Assembly (NCBI GenBank): GCA_965222605.1
Contig: OZ244960.1
Coordinates: 4,000,001-4,064,000, forward strand
Length of the DNA: 64,000 bases
Source of the DNA: Candidatus Latescibacterota bacterium
Lineage (GTDB): Bacteria; Latescibacterota; UBA2968
Direction: 5' to 3'
A program made the position numbers and the translations under genes. Under the pieces are notes generated by a model. It did not search any database. It was not told the origin of the DNA and saw nothing but the letters and a program-made list of their open reading frames with translations. The stretch's first letter is position 1. The number at the start of each line of letters is the position of its first letter. Positions 60,901 to 64,000 of this stretch are shown here, in pieces.

Positions 60901-61239
60901 TATAGCACGGGTGGTATTCAGGGATTCCGACAGGGTCCCCTCCATACACGTGCAGACTTCAATGCCGAGAAGGTATTTGGCAATACATCGGGCGTGAGCA
61001 TAACCGTGGCTGTGGAGATCTACAATTTGTTCAATCAGAAGGACTGGCGTCAGAATAGCCTTGGTGGGGTTCCGGAAGATTGGAATTCTGATCGCTATCA
61101 GCAGTATGGGATCATGGGCTTAGAGCCTACCAATCTCGATATTGTTGCGCTGGGTCTGAAGGCACCAGAAATCAACGATATCGGCAACTATTGGGATTCT
61201 CCGCGCGAGCTGAATTTCAGCTTGCGCATTAAGTGGTAG
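57970..61239 (+). CDS. TonB-dependent receptor, paralogue of 50026
   Basis: Same N-terminal domain, GGYNAEYGNA, QDKIEFEGMIVNAG.R, C-terminal W. Confidence 0.92.
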   Translation: MHKLLKTLSIVALSLLVGAGVSYAATTGKVQGTVRDAQTDEVVPGANVVIDGTQRGAVTDTDGFFLILLVDPGSYSMTASLVGYDAQRQTDIRVQTDLTTTVEFQIREATLELGEITVIAERPPVEPDKTTSRYIMSAEDLEAVPIVRDMGQFIELQAGVSIDADGNEIMIRGGDPDHVAYIVDGVRIAASARTGIGRNLNKSAVQELQVITGGYNAEYGNAQGGVVSMVTRDGGSSYSGMLDYRFTPSGQKHWGANVYDSPMHRGNNKWDNPDWVAEQIEIPADLDGDGANDIVQAHKRLDYTGKMGHRIDGNIAGPLSQDLTFFASTVWRKEPAALLSADLTTPPNTRNTAKLTFSASPSLKLRAGGIYNRRQGTFGGPGEGGRLDLRNSGKNIFLHVVNPTGKLISTDALFYGAVTHSLSPKTFYEVNLAYSTTVRDTTGFQRHFNVGENLTSSSTKDAAGHYTIYRETTNWSIWDYKRLSFKADLSSQVNKQNFVKVGVEVIRYNNWYQQRHSNGPTHRSIRWFSKNYTDTAFWPNGNNMGLNPLDFGVYIQDKIEFEGMIVNAGMRGELFFPNTYIKDSDAWYGAKAPWAGMTRSAYIPTVKGPLIKAFQPRVGVSHPITEKSLVRFFYGRFVQRPTLSQMFQNQFTSNEAVDRDLNGNSVIDPGEQFNEFNDSGSRHGTPYLPPEETTSFEVGLDWNFVGDYVLGLTTYYKASGNEIRSASQQWIDPGGHQYVTGIQGHGPGNWRDVRGFEINLRKKFSNMFAFNVGYNLQWADGGRNSAHRRDVWPDSQFVASGYYWNTWDVDPTTGVESPVSLQEKARREGLAEDFYVTKYGEQANLYLRSQHTRIVNFRGTGGAWSWIPWYSHYSSEGAQFIADEARTSLGHYDDGDREYWERAGNHPGNPGSGEGTLMVAHNQESGERAPLTADRRSFGSITFLFATPSNYGPFGGRALGNIRSNLVYYLYAGNRFTYSTGGIQGFRQGPLHTRADFNAEKVFGNTSGVSITVAVEIYNLFNQKDWRQNSLGGVPEDWNSDRYQQYGIMGLEPTNLDIVALGLKAPEINDIGNYWDSPRELNFSLRIKW

Positions 61240-61245
61240 ATCGCG

Positions 61246-61272
61246 GAAGGGCGCGGTTTTGCGCGCCCTTTC
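61246..61272 (+). terminator. Putative intrinsic terminator
   Basis: GAAGGGCGCG-GTTTTG-CGCGCCCTTT. Confidence 0.6.
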
Positions 61273-61484
61273 TAAAAAACTGGGAACTTTTGATTCCAAA
61301 TGTTAGTTTATATTATAATATAGATTAATGAGAACCTTAGAGTAGTGTGCAGGGGCGCCTGCACACTACCGGCTTCACGCAGAAAGGGGGGACGGTCGAT
61401 ATTTTCGCTTGAAGTCGCCGGGGAAACGCAGTAGCTCGCAAGTAGTAAAGATGTCATCAATCACTCCATAGAGGAGCAGTATCC

Positions 61485-64000
61485 ATGTCCAAAAAGCTAT
61501 GGTTCTACGCTTCCGGATTTTTCGCCGGAGTTGGCATGTGCCTGGCGGGTCTGGTCACACAGGCTCAGGCTCAATGGCCCGGCAATGCCAGAATCTCGAT
61601 GTCCCGGGGTCAGATCGCTCACACGCTTCACAACCCGGGCATGACGGGAAAGAAAGACAACCAGACAAAGCTGGCACAGTCTTCGTTTTCGTATCCTCAG
61701 GCCCGCAATATCAAGGTGTATTCGGGCGGTTCTGAGCGCGAAGGCTGGAATGCCAAGTCGAATACAGGTGGTGAAGGCTTCTGGGTGCTTTCCAATACAG
61801 GTGGCAGCCCACACGGTACGTATGCTGGCCCGCGTATTACGTCTTCAGACCTGGTAGGTCGCCCCCACGATATGACGAAGATGCCCGAAGCCTATGTAGG
61901 CGTTATAGAAAAAGAGACCTGGGCGATGGCCATTCGCAGAGATAGTGGTGCCGATGCGCCCAATATCGCGGGATCAACAGTTGCAGATCGCCGAACCAAC
62001 TGGTGGCCCGAAGCCCACGGCATTGCCAGCACATCACCTGGGACGAATAGGGCTGTTGTGGTCTGGAACTTCCGTTTTGGTCGCTACAACAGCAATGTGC
62101 CTTTTGCCAACCGCATTGGTTCTGGGGATCTTCCGCAATACAGCGCGCCTTCCTGGGTAGAATCGCTGTCCGAAGATGATTTTCCCGAGTTGATCGGTAT
62201 TCAAGAAGGCGGTTCTTCCGCCACGGGTCTGGAATGGACGCGCAAGTGGTTTTCTACGGCGCATCCGGATCACGATGAGTATTTTGTCGTTGACAACGAA
62301 GTGGTGAATACTTCGGGTTCGACGGTTGAAGGTGTTTATATCACCTTTGCCAACCGTTTCCACGCGGGTCAGGCATCAGGCTGGCGGTCAACATCGTGGA
62401 ATCACTCGCGCGATTACACGCGCGATGATTATTATCGCAACACATTGGCAGCCAATTACCTCAATGGCGTCAGCCGTGGGGATTACACCTCTGCGCTTGG
62501 CAGGTCTGCTGGTTTGCAGCGCGGTGTCGATTTGGCCAATGACGGTCATTTTATGACCTATTACCACGATGGGGACTCCGATCACATTTCCAATCTGATC
62601 AATGACCTCGGTGACCCCTATCGCTATGCTATCGCCCGCGAGCGCTATACCCGCGAGCAGACCTGGGTGCGCGAGGGCATGATTCAGCACGGTCAGTATT
62701 TTGGTCTGGGCACGGTAGATGCCTTCCCGCCGTTTATGCGCTATGGCGGCGTGGATGATGAGATGTATGTGGCACCGCAGGACAATCCGGCCACAGGGCA
62801 CGATGAGAGCATGCAACAGCCCGCTTCGGTGCTCTTCCACGGCTATCGCTCAAAGAATGACTTTGATCATCCCTCGCCAGACCGTGCGGGCGATGCTCAG
62901 ATTTACGACGCGATTGCCAATGGGGGCTATACCGCTGAAAATGAAGTACCCGGGCATTATACGACGCTGGTTTCTTATGGTCCTTACACGCTGGCACCGG
63001 GTGAAAAAGCCAAAGTGGTGGTCGCCTATGTGGTGGGTTTGGCGGCTGATCACGCCAAGTATGACGATTACAAGAAGTATGCCAGGCCCTTCAACATGGG
63101 GTGGATGAATCACTACGGTGGTTTGGGGTCTGAGCCTACGAAGTTAGCGGATCGCCAGCCCGAGATTCCATTAGGTGAAGATGTGATGTTCGATCACTTT
63201 GATAATGCCATTCAGTGGTACAACTGGGGTTACGCTCTCCCCAATCAGCCACCGAATACCAAGGTGGCGTGGGATTCCAACCTTCAGGGCAAGACGCAGA
63301 TTCGGTGGAGTACCTTTGGCGAAGAAGCGATGGATCCAGATTATTCTGGCGCCGAGGCTCAGGATTTGCGCGGGTATCGCATCTATCGCTCGTCTGTAGA
63401 GTTTCAGGGCGAGTGGGAGTATGTGACAGAATTTTCTTTCGAAGATGCGCGTGCGGGCAATTTGCCCACGGGTGTCTCGTATGATCCTTCTCGTACGTGG
63501 ACAACGGTTAAGAGCGGTTCCTGGCCAACGGGTATTCCGCTGCTCACTAATCAGTACGTTGATGCTGGTGAGCATGGTAATCTCAATTCCGCCGCTGGTC
63601 CTGAAATTCCCGGCACGTATCTGTTTGACGATCAAGGCACGAACGCTGGCTTCCCCAACTGGTATAGCGTGCGTATGTATGACTCTGGCCACGGTGATTG
63701 GGCCGGTCACGGCAGCGTGGATGTCCTGGAAGCCTCGCAGAGCACATCTCTGGGTTCTGTGTACGGTTCTCGCGGTGGCATTGTTCCCGTGGTTCCGGGT
63801 GCAGCAGTTTTTGATCGCCTCGAAGAGCAGGTTCGCGTGGTGCCCAATCCCTTCAAGGTAGATAGCGATTTGCATACGTACAACCGGCAGCAGAATATGC
63901 GCTTTACCAATCTGCCGGGTCGCTGTCAGATCGACCTTTACGATGTGACGGGTCAGCGAGTCTGGACATTCTACAACCAGGATCCTCTGAAGGGCGAAGT
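61485..64000 (+). CDS. Paralogue of the 53189 CTD-bearing protein, 3'-truncated by window (absent from ORF track)
   Basis: GAGGAG RBS, MSKKLWFYASGFFAGVGMCLAGLVTQAQAQ signal; DPDYSGAEAQDLRGYRIYRS; ends VRVVPNPF..MRFTNLPGRCQIDLYDVTGQ. Confidence 0.88.
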   Translation, partial: MSKKLWFYASGFFAGVGMCLAGLVTQAQAQWPGNARISMSRGQIAHTLHNPGMTGKKDNQTKLAQSSFSYPQARNIKVYSGGSEREGWNAKSNTGGEGFWVLSNTGGSPHGTYAGPRITSSDLVGRPHDMTKMPEAYVGVIEKETWAMAIRRDSGADAPNIAGSTVADRRTNWWPEAHGIASTSPGTNRAVVVWNFRFGRYNSNVPFANRIGSGDLPQYSAPSWVESLSEDDFPELIGIQEGGSSATGLEWTRKWFSTAHPDHDEYFVVDNEVVNTSGSTVEGVYITFANRFHAGQASGWRSTSWNHSRDYTRDDYYRNTLAANYLNGVSRGDYTSALGRSAGLQRGVDLANDGHFMTYYHDGDSDHISNLINDLGDPYRYAIARERYTREQTWVREGMIQHGQYFGLGTVDAFPPFMRYGGVDDEMYVAPQDNPATGHDESMQQPASVLFHGYRSKNDFDHPSPDRAGDAQIYDAIANGGYTAENEVPGHYTTLVSYGPYTLAPGEKAKVVVAYVVGLAADHAKYDDYKKYARPFNMGWMNHYGGLGSEPTKLADRQPEIPLGEDVMFDHFDNAIQWYNWGYALPNQPPNTKVAWDSNLQGKTQIRWSTFGEEAMDPDYSGAEAQDLRGYRIYRSSVEFQGEWEYVTEFSFEDARAGNLPTGVSYDPSRTWTTVKSGSWPTGIPLLTNQYVDAGEHGNLNSAAGPEIPGTYLFDDQGTNAGFPNWYSVRMYDSGHGDWAGHGSVDVLEASQSTSLGSVYGSRGGIVPVVPGAAVFDRLEEQVRVVPNPFKVDSDLHTYNRQQNMRFTNLPGRCQIDLYDVTGQRVWTFYNQDPLKGE

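Noticed and set aside
1-64000. Global UGA reassignment (genetic code 4/25)
   Set aside because: Many genes end at TGA at their natural C-termini (LacI, amidase, DUF6785-like) and Trp is TGG; only two catalytic-Cys sites read through

Overview
Bacterial window, probably from the FCB superphylum. A Latescibacterota-like, possibly host/sponge-associated organism is my inference from the GWxTD, PorV, DUF6785-like, cohesin/dockerin-like, cadherin/LRR/YWTD content. Layout: the AT-richer end of a surface-polysaccharide locus (1-2.6 kb); a GWxTD protein; a catabolic cluster (double CoA-transferase, Gfo/Idh/MocA, SDRs, acetoacetate decarboxylase-like, BNR-amidase fusion); rfbA; sulfurtransferase plus acylase; a minus-strand redox/TPR/aquaporin gene run divergent from a TPR-YcaO-FGE-two octaheme cytochrome run; and a duplication-rich island (34-64 kb) with three LacI paralogues, a 2904-aa surface protein and two beta-barrel/TonB-receptor/CTD-protein(/PorV) modules. 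Things the ORF track misses or splits: (i) two genes with an in-frame TGA exactly at the catalytic Cys position, i.e. probable selenoproteins (a sulfurtransferase, and an exported UxxC redoxin with Ig-like and dockerin-like domains); (ii) a triplicated leader encoding a probable ~85-nt antisense RNA; (iii) a 34-bp covarying hairpin element, one copy nested inverted inside another; (iv) a relic of a deleted paralogue of the giant gene; (v) a CDS running off the 3' end. I saw no rRNA, tRNA, CRISPR array or transposase. All family calls come from motif recognition by eye, not from database searches.
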